A DNA stretch of 64,000 nucleotides. Source: a virus. Both the position numbers and the translations under genes were made by a program. The DNA is taken from the IMG/VR virus record IMGVR_UViG_3300032334_001950, positions 8,254 through 72,253 of that record, one strand, 5' to 3'. A model generated the notes under the pieces. The model made no database searches. It was not told the DNA's origin and was given only the letters and a program-made list of their open reading frames with translations. Shown piece by piece: positions 19,700-30,205 of this stretch (the first letter of the stretch is position 1; the number at the start of each line of letters is the position of its first letter).

Positions 19700-21685
19700 T
19701 TAATGCTCAACGTAACCCATCACTTCATGGGGTGACGGAATGGATGTTGCTACTACCATGGGGACAGGTTCAGCTACTGCCATTTCCGTAACAAGACGCA
19801 TGGCATTAGAAAATTCTTCCGCCTGGTCCATATTACGAAAAGCCGGTGCAAATGTACCAACTTCATCGTGGTGCATCATGACGACATAACCGGTGATAGG
19901 CAGTTTCATTGATGTAAAAAATCAAAAGGACAGAAGACAGGGACCACTCTTATAAAAGAGGTCAGGATGCTCACGAACAGTTTGGTCGGCGTCATCACTA
20001 TCGGTTACTTTAATGACTTCAGCGCGACCATTGGCGGCCCTAGATAAGACAGCCCAAGCAAGTTTCTTGGCGGGGATTTCGGCGGTTTCCATTGGTGTTA
20101 TACGTGCTCCGGTACTTCATTATGCGAGGCATAAATCCATACAAGAGCACGGGTTGGTATCACCAAAAAACCTTGGCATGACTGGGTTGCGGGGCCAACA
20201 CATCCTACAGCGTGACCCCGACCCAAAAGTTATGGCACCCTTAAATCAAGGGTACCGAACCGATCAAAAGTACCTAACGTAAGGGCCAGGAAATATCGTC
20301 GCCTGTGCGATAGGTACCTGCGTGGGCTGCTGGCACACGATGTTTGGATGTTGGGGGCGCACAATAAAATCGCCTACATTGAGAACGGGTTGAATAGGCG
20401 CACCATTCAGCAGTTGAAGTTGTGCTTGGGCCATGGCGTACCCGGCATAATCAAAGTTCATGCTGTTTCTGAGAAGGAACAACAGGACAGGGATTAAACG
20501 CGGACCGCTTGCCGCTCCTCCCAGGCCTGTTCATCAGACTCTAGGGCATCCTGGTACTCGAAGCTCTGGGTGACATCAAATGCAACAATCTGTTCGGGCT
20601 TTACCTGGCGGGCTAGGCCAGTGGCAAACTCCAAGAAAGAGTCTAGGTTAGCCTCTTGCGTGCTGGTGATGACATCAATGAAGAGATCATCACGCATCAG
20701 ATCTTCCATCGTATGGATGATGTCATTGAGCTTTTCGTTAAAGCTCTTGCGCAACTCTGCTTCCATCAAAAGTTCCCGCTCTTCTTCTTTACTACGTAGA
20801 CGCATGGCAGTAACCAAATTCATGTTCACACAATAGCAGATCACGCCCCACCAGCTTTCTTGTGTTGGTTATCCACGTATTGTAAGAGGCGGTGCATCTC
20901 TTTGACCTGCATTTGTTGCATATCAAGATTTGCATCGACGTGGGCCAAGGCAGCGGGGGGCGCAAGTTCATTGGCCGCAACGTATTTTTCACCGTGGGCA
21001 CCAACAAAGCCGGCAACAAATGGTTTACCTGCAGCATCAGCTTGTGATCGTTGGGCGGCGATCATATACATTGCCATCAATGAATGAGGGTCGGGACATA
21101 AATCAATGGTGAAATGATCGCGCTCTTCAAAGCTTTGGTCCGTAGGTTGTGTGGCCATTGCTTTCTTCTTGCGTGGTGTGCGTTTGAGCAATGTACTGAT
21201 TATACGAAGGGAGGCGGTGAAGAGGTTGATCATGTTAGGTGTGGTTATTGCGAATGGTTCTCAATTAGGAGTTACCAAAGTTTGGAGATGTTCATGGTGA
21301 GTTTGCCGGATTTATCCCAGCTACCAAGTTCAATTGGATCACCTTCCTCAGCAATCGTAAGGAACTTCCAGTTATCGGCAGAAGATAGCAGTTGGAAATG
21401 TTCAATCAATTGAATCAATTCGATGGAGCTTTCTCCGCTGATATCAAGCCAAGCAGGGAAGGCAGTTATTGGAATTGTGCCTGCACAATAGACAGGGGAT
21501 GTTCCAGTTTGTACTTTGCGTTTGGATTTCTTCCCGCTGGTGGCAGGAACGTAAGTAGCATCCCGAAAGATTGCGACAACATCAACATCACCAGCAGAAT
21601 TAATGGAGGCTTCTTCAATTGAAACGTGATCGGACATTGTATTGTACGATACAGGACAATGACGGTCAAGCAAGGTGCTTGCCAC
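19700..21685 (-). CDS. cluster of small hypothetical ORFs (19700-19909, 20264-20482, 20494-20844, 20841-21233, 21272-~21637)
   Basis: Co-oriented ORFs; no family recognised. Confidence 0.55.
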
Positions 21686-21739
21686 CAGCGTTACTGTAAG
21701 ACTCCCTCCAACGTCCAGCCGAGGTTTTGTTGCAACTCT

Positions 21740-22390
21740 TTACGCTTGCACTGGCGTAGACCACAACTGACCCTCAGCTGCCCGCCTGCGCTTCAAGCCT
21801 GCAGTGACGGATGTTCCGGGATTGACGTAGAGCTTGAGGCTATCGGGTACAGCAGACCACTGGGCATTTCGTACGGTGCGGGTGATCGTACCGAAACCAT
21901 CAGAACCGAACCAGCCTGGACCCACGTTATAGCTGAAACTGATCAGGGCCGATTGCTGGTTGATATTCATTTGGTTCCAGGTCGGGATTGACTTGGACAA
22001 GGTTGCAGCAACACGCTCCACTTCATGGGCCAGCATATTTTCTGCTTGGGCTTGCGTGATCGTTTGGCCCGGCTTTACCCTGGAGCCATCGTTATAGAAG
22101 GTGTTTCCATATCCAATGGTATAAGGTTCGCCACCTGTTCCAGGATCAGGGTAGGCATGAAGGACGCAACCTTCAAACTCTTTGATTAGCGCGAGGGCAC
22201 CTGTATGTTTGACAGCAGAAGTAGAGGGCGTGGGTGCAATGATAGGTTCTTTCTTCTGCCATTGTTTGTACCAGGGCTGTTCGGAGTCTAGTAGATTGGC
22301 GGGCAACGATTGCTCCAACAATCGAATGGCTACATCCTGGTGGGGCTCGCCTTTGTAATATTTGAAGAAATCAATCAAAGAAAGTTTCAC
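21740..22390 (-). CDS. phage lysozyme / endolysin (GH24)
   Basis: LIKEFEG..L.AYPDP..YTIGYGNT catalytic motif, ALISFSYNVG, GLKRRRAAEG. Confidence 0.92.
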   Translation of the reverse strand: MKLSLIDFFKYYKGEPHQDVAIRLLEQSLPANLLDSEQPWYKQWQKKEPIIAPTPSTSAVKHTGALALIKEFEGCVLHAYPDPGTGGEPYTIGYGNTFYNDGSRVKPGQTITQAQAENMLAHEVERVAATLSKSIPTWNQMNINQQSALISFSYNVGPGWFGSDGFGTITRTVRNAQWSAVPDSLKLYVNPGTSVTAGLKRRRAAEGQLWSTPVQA

Positions 22391-22646
22391 GGTCGTACCG
22401 CTTGTTATCTACTCAGTTTATACTTTGAGAATTTTGGTTGAGTGTAGCGTACCGAACTACTGCATTTCGGTTTGTGCGATATGGTATAAATAGATACAAT
22501 TTGCTTCCATGGATCGCGCTCTTATCATTCACCTGGTGGATAAACAAAAGAAAAAGCACCGTAGCGATAAGCAGGAAGCTTATGCCACGATGCAGAATAG
22601 GGTGGACGGAAAGGTAGAGAACCGGGCAGTGTTGTCCGTTGTTTGA

Positions 22647-24588
22647 TTAGCTTGCTGTTAGTTTTGACACAGCCTCATTAAACCTTTTTGTCATGCCATC
22701 TAACAGGAGTTGCATGTCTGCATCTATTGCAATCCTCTTTTGCTGCAGTTCTTCTGCCTGGAGGATGTCATCTTTCCACGCTGCAAGTTCATTTTGAACC
22801 AACCGAGCAGTGAACTCAGGGATGGCCGTGAGATTTTCCCCGGCAAGATCACACAAGAAAGCATAGTCCTGGTCTTCAATTTCGATGGTGATTGATTTTG
22901 TCATGGTGTTGTGTGCGGTGGGAATTAATCTTTGATTGAAAGTGCCGGACCAGATACTTGCATCCGCGATAAACAAAAGAAAGTAGGACCTGCGATGGAC
23001 TGACCTGCCTTGATGGTCCACAGATTAGATCTGCATCTTGCCACTGTGATGTTATTGGTTTGCGCCTGGATGAAACTGATGGTGGCGATTCCGATGATGG
23101 CATTGATAGCAACTGTGGAGTAAACTTTGCCAACTCTAATGGCACGACGCTTAGTTAACATTGGCATCCTCTTTGGAGAGGATGTAATCGAGGCAGTAGC
23201 TGAAGGCTCGATAGGCCCGCATCAATTCAACTTGGAGATCTTTCATGCGTTGCGGTTGACTGGAGCACGGACAGGATGCAAGGGTTTGCCACTGATCGGG
23301 GGTGTCGGATGCGATGCGACGTTCTAGATCGATCTCTGCATTGGGTGTACCGGTCCAGACGACACGGTAGGGGCTCCCTGGGGAGGGCGACCAGCTGAGG
23401 ACTTGGGTTTCTTCGGTGGTGGCAGAGGGTGTCATGATAATAACTGCGAAGGTTAAGAATTGGTTAAGGCCGATTAGGTGGGAGATTCCACCATCCCGAA
23501 CAGGTAATCCTGCAGCGGGCCGTAGTCTCCCCGTGATTTGGTCTGTTCAAAGGTGACAGCAAAGCCATTCACCCTGGCGAAATCATAGAGGCAATCTTGG
23601 ATTGCTTCGAGGTCTGCTTCACCTGCTGTAACCTTGCCACGGATTTGGCGGGGCTTGCTGCTGCGTCTGGCGTCCATCATTGATAGGAAGAAAGGATCGC
23701 CCCAGGTGGGACACCCTGAAGCCGACCCTCGCGGATCGGCAGCAGTCAGGGACTGGATAGTGGCGGCGGGGAAGGGGGGTATTCGCCACGGTAGGCACGG
23801 TCTGCCTCATTCTTAAGCCAGAGGGATTGGGGGGTCTCCCCGAACCGGCCGACCAAGTGCTGGGAGATCAACTGGAGCATGGCCCCATAATCTGTCCAGT
23901 CCATGTTCGGTGGTATCCCTCTGGCGATCAATGCTGCTTCAATATCACGCCATAGTGGTGTTCTTGGCTGTGTATATAGAGGCTGCGGTGGTGGTGCTGG
24001 CGTCTGGTGATTAGTAGATGGGCCGATTTCGGCGGATAGAAACGACATCGAAACGCCTAAAGAGTTTACGTTGTGTTTGTGTAAACAATGTGGCAGGATC
24101 TTCGGGGTGATTGTACACCTGCTCCTGCAACTCTGCGTAGGATTGAAGTATATCCTGGAGAGTGTACAGTTCGGATGCAGTGAAGAATACAGAGCCGTCG
24201 CTGTATTCAACGGTGCCGAGTTTGGTTTCTGTGGTGTCCATGATGTTAGGCGTGGTGATGGTGTTGTGGTTGTGGCGGTAGCCGATCGAATGCTACAGGA
24301 TCACCGGGCGGTGGCCTGCTGCATGTCTTCAGGGTAGGACAGACCGTAGTCCATCCATTCCCATTCAAGGATCAGGTCACCAGTCTCAGGGTCTGGTGCG
24401 TACCATTCACCTTGTTCGCCCAGCTCCCAGCCTGCAGCGGTGCGGGCTTCGTATTCGCGGTCAGAGGCTGCCATCATGTCCAGCAGAACTTGGGGCATGC
24501 CGATCAGGGTCTGCAGTTGCATGGCCCGCTCGTCTGCTGCCAGTTCGGCTGCGTACAGTTCGGGATTGTGGCGGTGTTGAATGCTCAT
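22647..24588 (-). CDS. cluster of small early-type hypothetical ORFs (22647-~22904, 22925-23167, 23151-23435, 23474-23680, 23746-~24048, 24011-24241, 24301-~24588)
   Basis: Co-oriented, closely packed ORFs. Confidence 0.55.
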
Positions 24589-24646
24589 GGTTCTGGGTTT
24601 GTGGTTGTGGTTTGGAATCAGCCCCACCGAAGCGGAACTAAAGGAA

Positions 24647-25108
24647 CTAAGCAACGCGCACGGCTCCGGGTTTCCGTAGGCGAACCCGCTTGATAGCAGG
24701 CTTGCCGGGGATCCGTTCCGCAACGGCCATAGTTATAGCAGCTTCCATGGCGCGGTTCGGTTGCATGTGCAACTCACGGGCGATGGAAACGATGGTACGG
24801 GCGGCACCGACAGCAGCCGAGGGGTTCGATTGCGCCTGTGCTACGGCCAGGTCCTGGAGAAAGGTCATCGTCTGGAGTAGGACAGCGCTAAGGTCTGCCC
24901 CGTCATCGGTCAGGACTTGCTGCCGCAGGAGGGCAGCCCCGGCCTTGGCGTAGTTGCGACCTTGGCGCCGGCTAACGTTGTAACGCTTGCTCACTTCGGT
25001 GGCAACCCAGGAAGCGGACCGACCCTCTGCCAATAGTTCGGCGGCGGTTTCGGTCCTGTCTTCTAGTTCGGCTGCTGTGGCGCGTTCGCGGATGGGAGTG
25101 GGATCCAT
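24647..25108 (-). CDS. helix-turn-helix protein
   Basis: ELLAEGRSASWVATEVSKRYNVSRRQGRNYAK. Confidence 0.65.
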   Translation of the reverse strand: MDPTPIRERATAAELEDRTETAAELLAEGRSASWVATEVSKRYNVSRRQGRNYAKAGAALLRQQVLTDDGADLSAVLLQTMTFLQDLAVAQAQSNPSAAVGAARTIVSIARELHMQPNRAMEAAITMAVAERIPGKPAIKRVRLRKPGAVRVA

Positions 25109-25128
25109 CGGGGCAGGTTAAGGTTTGG

Positions 25129-25362
25129 TTAAGGAAGGAGTTCGTACGATTTGCCACTTATGGTCCCCCGGACATCGCCCACGACATCGCCCCAGACACT
25201 GCCCCAGACACTGCCCACGACATCGCCCCAGACACTGCCCCGGACACCGCCCAGGATATTGCCCTCGACATCGCCCCAGACATCGCCCACGACCCATTCG
25301 CCGTCGATTTGCTCAAAATCAACCAGCAGGCGGATTTGATCGATTGTTGGATAGTCTTCCAT
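25129..25362 (-). CDS. small protein made of G-[DS]-V-x tetrapeptide repeats
   Basis: GDVW GDVE GNIL GGVR GSVW GDVV GSVW GSVW GDVV GDVR GTIS. Confidence 0.7.
   Translation of the reverse strand: MEDYPTIDQIRLLVDFEQIDGEWVVGDVWGDVEGNILGGVRGSVWGDVVGSVWGSVWGDVVGDVRGTISGKSYELLP
25165..25293. repeat. degenerate 12-bp tandem repeat (about 11 units), coding
   Basis: Units such as GACATCGCCCCA and GACACTGCCCCA. Confidence 0.85.
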
Positions 25363-25398
25363 GATGATTCTGCAATGGTTGGTTAATAGGTTGAAAGG

Positions 25399-26173
25399 TC
25401 AGCGCAGGCTGGGGTTCCGGTCCGCAGCAGACAGGGAAGGGTGTTCGCCGTCATCGTCTGCAGGCTCATCCTCCTGGTAGTAACAGGTGATGATGTAGGA
25501 GCTGCCGGCCTCCTGGTAGAGGGATTGCAGGCGAGCGTAGTCGTCAGCGGTGCCGACATCTTCGGAGCCATCCTCAGCAGTGAACCTGTAAACGATGTCA
25601 CAGTCCCAATCAATGGGGCCGCCATCTTCGATCTGGTATGGTGCGGACATGGTGTGATCCTTGCTAGGTGGATGGGGGAGAGAATCCCCTAGGGGAGCCT
25701 AGCACTAAGGCAGGCCCCGATAGGAGAATCAGCGGGAAGACTCTAGGGCGGAAACGTGGGCGCTACCTTGACGACCACTGGGACCAGCAAAATCCCATAG
25801 GACCTCAGCAAAATCAGCATCCCGTCCCCAAAGGCGGGTGATAGTGCCACGGACTTGGGGGGTCCAGCCTGTATGGGCCCCTATGGTGCGGCAGAATTCG
25901 GAGCTATAACGTACCCGGTCGTTGGGCTGGAGGTTCTTGGCCATGGTGTGAGCCTTGCTAGGTGGATTGATTGTGGATTGATCAGGGGAGAATCATAGCC
26001 TGTGGCAGGCCGTGGATTAGGCGCAATAGGGTCCGGCGTTCGCGCTCCAAACGGTCGGCCGCAGCCGAACCGGGGGCCAAGCGGGGAAGGTGTTTCTCGA
26101 TAATGCGGACCCTGGCTTGCCATTGTGGCAGGTTCGGATCGTTAATCGTTGGCAGGTTGGATAGGTTGAGCAT
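25399..26173 (-). CDS. three small early ORFs (25399-25650, 25729-25944, 25982-26173)
   Basis: Each is preceded by the CCACCTAGYAAG motif. Confidence 0.65.
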
Positions 26174-26247
26174 GGTCTTACTAGGTGGTTGGAAGGGGGG
26201 AGAATCCCCTAAGGGGACCGACCTTACGGCAGGCCCCGATAGGAGAA

Positions 26248-26997
26248 TCAGTTTAGGAGGGCGACCCGCTTACCCTTGGCGCCGTGGGCATCGATCACAA
26301 CGTTAGCGCTGGCGCCATCGCAAAGGTGACAGGCTGCGCATGTTGTCTTAGCGCCCCGCTCTTTACTGGCTGCACAATGGACAAGCCCTGCAGGATCTGG
26401 GGTCCCGGCCGGTTTGACTAGGAAGGTTCTCCAGCCATGGGCAGTAGCTTCCAGGTAGTCTGCCATCCCGTCACAACTAGCCTGCACAATGCCGCACAAG
26501 GATTGGGCAAACGGTTGGCGCCACTGATGGGTGTATCCAGTGTGAGTCTCAGCGGCGCCAATGGCCTGCAACCATATGGCAGTGGGCACCATGGCAGGAT
26601 CACCATAAGAGCCGAGACGCAGCGCAGACCCGGCTAGTAAATGCCAATCGTTGCCAATGGGAGCGTATCCCGATCCGTTCCGGTAACAGTTCCAGACAGC
26701 GTAGGGGGCTTGATAAGCGCGAACGTAGCAGGATCCTTGGGCGCGGATCAATTCGCCGTCGACTTTTGACCACTGGCGATGGGGACAATTGCCGCAGACA
26801 GAGAAATCTAGGCCGGCTGCAATGGCATGATGCGGGGCAACATCTTGACGCAGAATCCAGGTCTGCAGCATGCCGCCTGTCTTCTCGTTAGCTGAACGAT
26901 CAGCCAGGCCGGTCAGGATGCAAACGATGGGAGCGCCGTCAATGGGGGAGACGCCCTCCCATAGGATGCGGCCGTTTGGATTGTGTTTGGTGTTCAT
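26248..26997 (-). CDS. Cys-rich conserved phage protein, possible metal or Fe-S binding
   Basis: SANEKTG, CGNCPH, CYV, LRLGSYGD, TGYTHQW, CAACHLC. Confidence 0.65.
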   Translation of the reverse strand: MNTKHNPNGRILWEGVSPIDGAPIVCILTGLADRSANEKTGGMLQTWILRQDVAPHHAIAAGLDFSVCGNCPHRQWSKVDGELIRAQGSCYVRAYQAPYAVWNCYRNGSGYAPIGNDWHLLAGSALRLGSYGDPAMVPTAIWLQAIGAAETHTGYTHQWRQPFAQSLCGIVQASCDGMADYLEATAHGWRTFLVKPAGTPDPAGLVHCAASKERGAKTTCAACHLCDGASANVVIDAHGAKGKRVALLN

Positions 26998-27045
26998 GGG
27001 GATGATCCTTGCTAGGTGGATTGATTCGGGATTGAGCCCTGTCTA

Positions 27046-27073
27046 AGCCTACCATGGAGGCAGACTCTGGCAA
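27046..27073 (-). promoter_or_regulatory. sigma70-like early promoter
   Basis: TTGCCA N16 TAGGCT with extended -10 TG. Confidence 0.5.
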
Positions 27074-27075
27074 GG

Positions 27076-27252
27076 CTAACGATGGATTGATTGACAGTAG
27101 GCTTGGCCGTTGGCGGTGCCATCAGCAGCGGCAGACAGTAGGCAGGCCTGCCTGTCTAGGTAGTGGTTGCAGGCATCGGCAATCTTGACGGCTGCCACAC
27201 CGATACCAATAGACAGGATGGCAGCCACGACAATGGGTCCTAGGGTTCTCAC
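27076..27252 (-). CDS. small membrane-anchored protein (58 aa, below track cutoff)
   Basis: GTG start; hydrophobic PIVVAAILSIGIGVAAV. Confidence 0.5.
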   Translation of the reverse strand: MRTLGPIVVAAILSIGIGVAAVKIADACNHYLDRQACLLSAAADGTANGQAYCQSIHR

Positions 27253-27264
27253 AGTGATTCCGGG

Positions 27265-27606
27265 TCAGGTGGTTTGCAGCTGGCGCCGGACTGTAGATCG
27301 CGAGACCTGCAAGATTCTGGCGATCTCACGTTGTGACAGGCCCCCAGCTTGTAGGAGGGCAGAGGCCTTGATGCTGACAGGGCCTGGGATGGCCACGGGA
27401 TCAGCAGAGACAAGGGCTGGAGAAGGATTGGCGGGTCGGTGAGGCCTGCTGGCCCAAGCGGACAGGGCCGCATTTAGGCGATGAACAAAGGATCCCAGGC
27501 AGTAGCCTGCCACGTAGACAGCCACTAGGACAGCGGTGACTTGGCGAGCGGCAGATTCTAAGTAGGGTCCCCAGTTAGTGGTGAGGGTTTGGCGGATTGT
27601 GGGCAC
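27265..27606 (-). CDS. protein with transmembrane segment and C-terminal HTH
   Basis: VTAVLVAVYVAGYCLG; GLSQREIARILQVSRSTVRRQL. Confidence 0.7.
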   Translation of the reverse strand: MPTIRQTLTTNWGPYLESAARQVTAVLVAVYVAGYCLGSFVHRLNAALSAWASRPHRPANPSPALVSADPVAIPGPVSIKASALLQAGGLSQREIARILQVSRSTVRRQLQTT

Positions 27607-27690
27607 GGTTGAACCTTGCTAGGTGGTTTGGATGTTGGAAGGATTGAACCTCCCAGAGAACCCTAGCACTGCTAGGGCTCCGTGGGGGGA

Positions 27691-27972
27691 TCAGTAGGAA
27701 GCGCTGGCGATGTCGGCCGTGGTCGTGATAAACACATCCAAGGCATCTTCTAACGCGCCACGCTGCACATCCCAAGGCAGCACATCCCAGGCCTCAGCTA
27801 GGGCCTCGTCTTCTGTCTGGATGGCAAGCTCCCAGTCGACGCCATCAGCATTCAGCCAGTAAGGCTGGCCGTCCCAGTCAGGATCTGACCAGCAATCGGC
27901 CCGCTCCCTAAACATCAGCGGGGCGATGTGAGCGACCAAGGCGTCAAAGATCTCGTTAGTAAGGGTGGGCAT
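27691..27972 (-). CDS. acidic hypothetical protein, first gene of the leftward array
   Basis: ATG at 27972 (MPTLTNEIF...) just downstream of promoter 28001-28028. Confidence 0.6.
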   Translation of the reverse strand: MPTLTNEIFDALVAHIAPLMFRERADCWSDPDWDGQPYWLNADGVDWELAIQTEDEALAEAWDVLPWDVQRGALEDALDVFITTTADIASASY

Positions 27973-28000
27973 GGTTCTTGATGGAGAACTGAACTCCCTA

Positions 28001-28031
28001 ATCATAGCGCCCGGCTTGCCAATGGCAAGCC
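28001..28031 (-). promoter_or_regulatory. leftward early promoter overlapped by a perfect palindrome
   Basis: TTGCCA (28028-23) N16 TATGAT (28006-01); GGCTTGCCA-A-TGGCAAGCC at 28013-28031. Confidence 0.65.
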
Positions 28032-28637
28032 TCAGATCCTGAATAACGAGAATCGCCCGCCAAGCCTGCAGGCCTGCCCCCCTTGGCGCCAAACCAAACC
28101 ACCGGATAACTTTTCCCCAGCCTCGCCAGCATCCAGCCCGAGCCCTCAGCCGCGCCTTACCTTCTGGCCCCTCTCCCGTGAGAACCGTTGCGCTGCAGTC
28201 GATTTAAGGGAATATTACATATTGTAACGGCCCCGTAACACAAAATTCGTATCATAACTTAACAATTCCGTCAAGTGTTAGGGCCTGCGGGGTGTTAAAG
28301 TTGTAACATTAAGATTCATGCGTTAAAAATGTTACAAATTAGCCTAAAAACCATAAAAACAGCCAAAACCAAAATCAGCAAACCCCTTAATTGTCGCGGC
28401 GTGTAAATAAAAATGACGAAAATATAGCGTTTCAGACCCAAATTAGCCGATTGTTACAACTTGTTTCACCCTCACCTTTCTTTTTTTCCTCGTACGTTAA
28501 GTTTTGTCAAGAGGGGGCGTGAAGGCTCCCGTAAATTTTACCCCAAAAGTGGGTTTTAAAGGCGCCGTTAGGGGAAGGCATTTGTTAAATCATGTGTAGA
28601 GCGAGTAAAATCAAGAAATATTAAGTGGTTTAGATAA

Positions 28638-30158
28638 ATGCCCGCCTCGCCGCGTGATTTTGCGCTCTGGTCGTCGATGACGGGCAATCCATACCCTCAA
28701 TCCGACGCAGAACGGGCCGCTTTGGCGCCTCACGTATATCAATATGTGAACAATATTGGCCGTAGAGGGGGCGTTAGGGGACTTATCGATACAGCAGGCA
28801 AAACAGCACTGGCGGCGGGCGCAATTGCAGGGGCTGTTGCACTTAGTCGTACACCAGAAGGGCAACAAATCATTGAAAATGTTGCACAAACTGTTGAACC
28901 CCACCTTCAAAGCGCAAAAACAAATATTTCAAATGTTTTAGGACGAGGAGAACAGGGGAGTTTGTACGAAAGGGTCCGCCCTGGGGCGCAAGCCTTACTT
29001 GGAGGACTAAAAGAAGGCGCAATGCGGCAACTTCAGCCAATGATCCCTTCCACTGCTGCAGTAATCGAGGATCCCGAGCAAACTGTTGAAGTTCGGCGCC
29101 CCATCACCTATGGAAGGGGTTCAACTCCGGTAGACACCAGCAGGGTTACCTGGGGACGCGGGGGCATGAGCGCACAACCAGCTCAAGCAGCCATCCCAGA
29201 CCCGTGGCAGGAACGTCCCCGTGGTGTAGTTGTTGCAGATTTATCGCAACTGCAAGAGCAGGGCATGGGGGGAATGCCATATGAAATCCAAGAAAGCATG
29301 CAGCCCACAGCCGGGGTGGAGGCACAGCTCGCTGATATCAATTACGCCAACAAAGCTGCCGCCTATAGGAAATCACAACAATATGCGGAGATGTCGCAGC
29401 GTCATCCGATTTTGCAAAATATTTCCCTAAATGAGGAGCTTATAGGGGGAGAAGGGGTACAACCACATGAGACAACAGCAGAACGTTATAACCAAGATGT
29501 TATACCCGCCCAGATGCGTTTAGAGCAGGAAGCCAAAGGCGCACCCCCTGGCGCACCTGCCAAGCGTTTACTGCAAAATGAACCGGTAACACAAGCTGAA
29601 ATCCTATCAACCCAGCAGACCATGGAACCAAGTGCTCCTATGGTTACAGGACCCAGTCCGCAAGAAATTGCCGATATGGATACGTTGCTGCTCCGCTCGC
29701 ACGGTCATTACAACCGTATCCAACGAGAAGCACTACGCGATCAACTTTTAACCGAGAAATACGGCGGACAGCCCACCGCCAACGTATTACCTCAAACCAC
29801 AGGCGCAGGCGTGGTAGCAAGTGCTCCCGTAGCAGTTGCCGCAGCCAATCCAGTGGCAAAAGCCAATCGTTGGCGCCAGGTGCGTTCAGAGATGAATGAT
29901 GTGGAAAGGATTGGCAGGCTTGGTGGGTATGGCTATGATCTATATCAAGGAGCCGGCCCAACCGCCATGCAAGAAGCCCCAGGATCACGCCAAGCCTTAT
30001 TGGCGGAACAACTGCAACGTGATGCCATGCGCCAGGCAGCAATGCCGGGTCATTATGACTACATCGCACAACAGCGGCAAGCTGTGCCTAGCACACCCTA
30101 TAACCCACAAGATTTCCGCTCATTCATGAAACCTGCTAGCACTTGGATTGGCGGTTAA
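28638..30158 (+). CDS. Gln/Ala/Pro-rich hypothetical protein, possible virion-internal protein
   Basis: 506 aa; TAAAAT 26 nt upstream. Confidence 0.7.
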   Translation: MPASPRDFALWSSMTGNPYPQSDAERAALAPHVYQYVNNIGRRGGVRGLIDTAGKTALAAGAIAGAVALSRTPEGQQIIENVAQTVEPHLQSAKTNISNVLGRGEQGSLYERVRPGAQALLGGLKEGAMRQLQPMIPSTAAVIEDPEQTVEVRRPITYGRGSTPVDTSRVTWGRGGMSAQPAQAAIPDPWQERPRGVVVADLSQLQEQGMGGMPYEIQESMQPTAGVEAQLADINYANKAAAYRKSQQYAEMSQRHPILQNISLNEELIGGEGVQPHETTAERYNQDVIPAQMRLEQEAKGAPPGAPAKRLLQNEPVTQAEILSTQQTMEPSAPMVTGPSPQEIADMDTLLLRSHGHYNRIQREALRDQLLTEKYGGQPTANVLPQTTGAGVVASAPVAVAAANPVAKANRWRQVRSEMNDVERIGRLGGYGYDLYQGAGPTAMQEAPGSRQALLAEQLQRDAMRQAAMPGHYDYIAQQRQAVPSTPYNPQDFRSFMKPASTWIGG

Positions 30159-30205
30159 CACAGAAGGATAATTGCTGGTGCTAAATTAAACTCAAAGAGG
30201 GACCC

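Larger units (their letters stand above)
25651..27693 (-). repeat. dispersed intergenic repeat family (hairpin plus CCACCTAGCAAGG leader)
   Basis: Motif at 25659-71, 25953-65, 26176-88, 27007-19, 27614-26; similar ~55-bp hairpin units at 25675-25731 and 26195-26250; related hairpin at 27649-27690. Confidence 0.85.

Noticed and set aside
25165-25293. Possible CRISPR array
   Set aside because: Contiguous 12-bp degenerate coding units with no unique spacers and no cas genes
25651-27693. Integron attC cassette array
   Set aside because: Hairpins lack RYYYAAC/GTTRRRY cores and no integron integrase is present; kept only as an analogous repeat system
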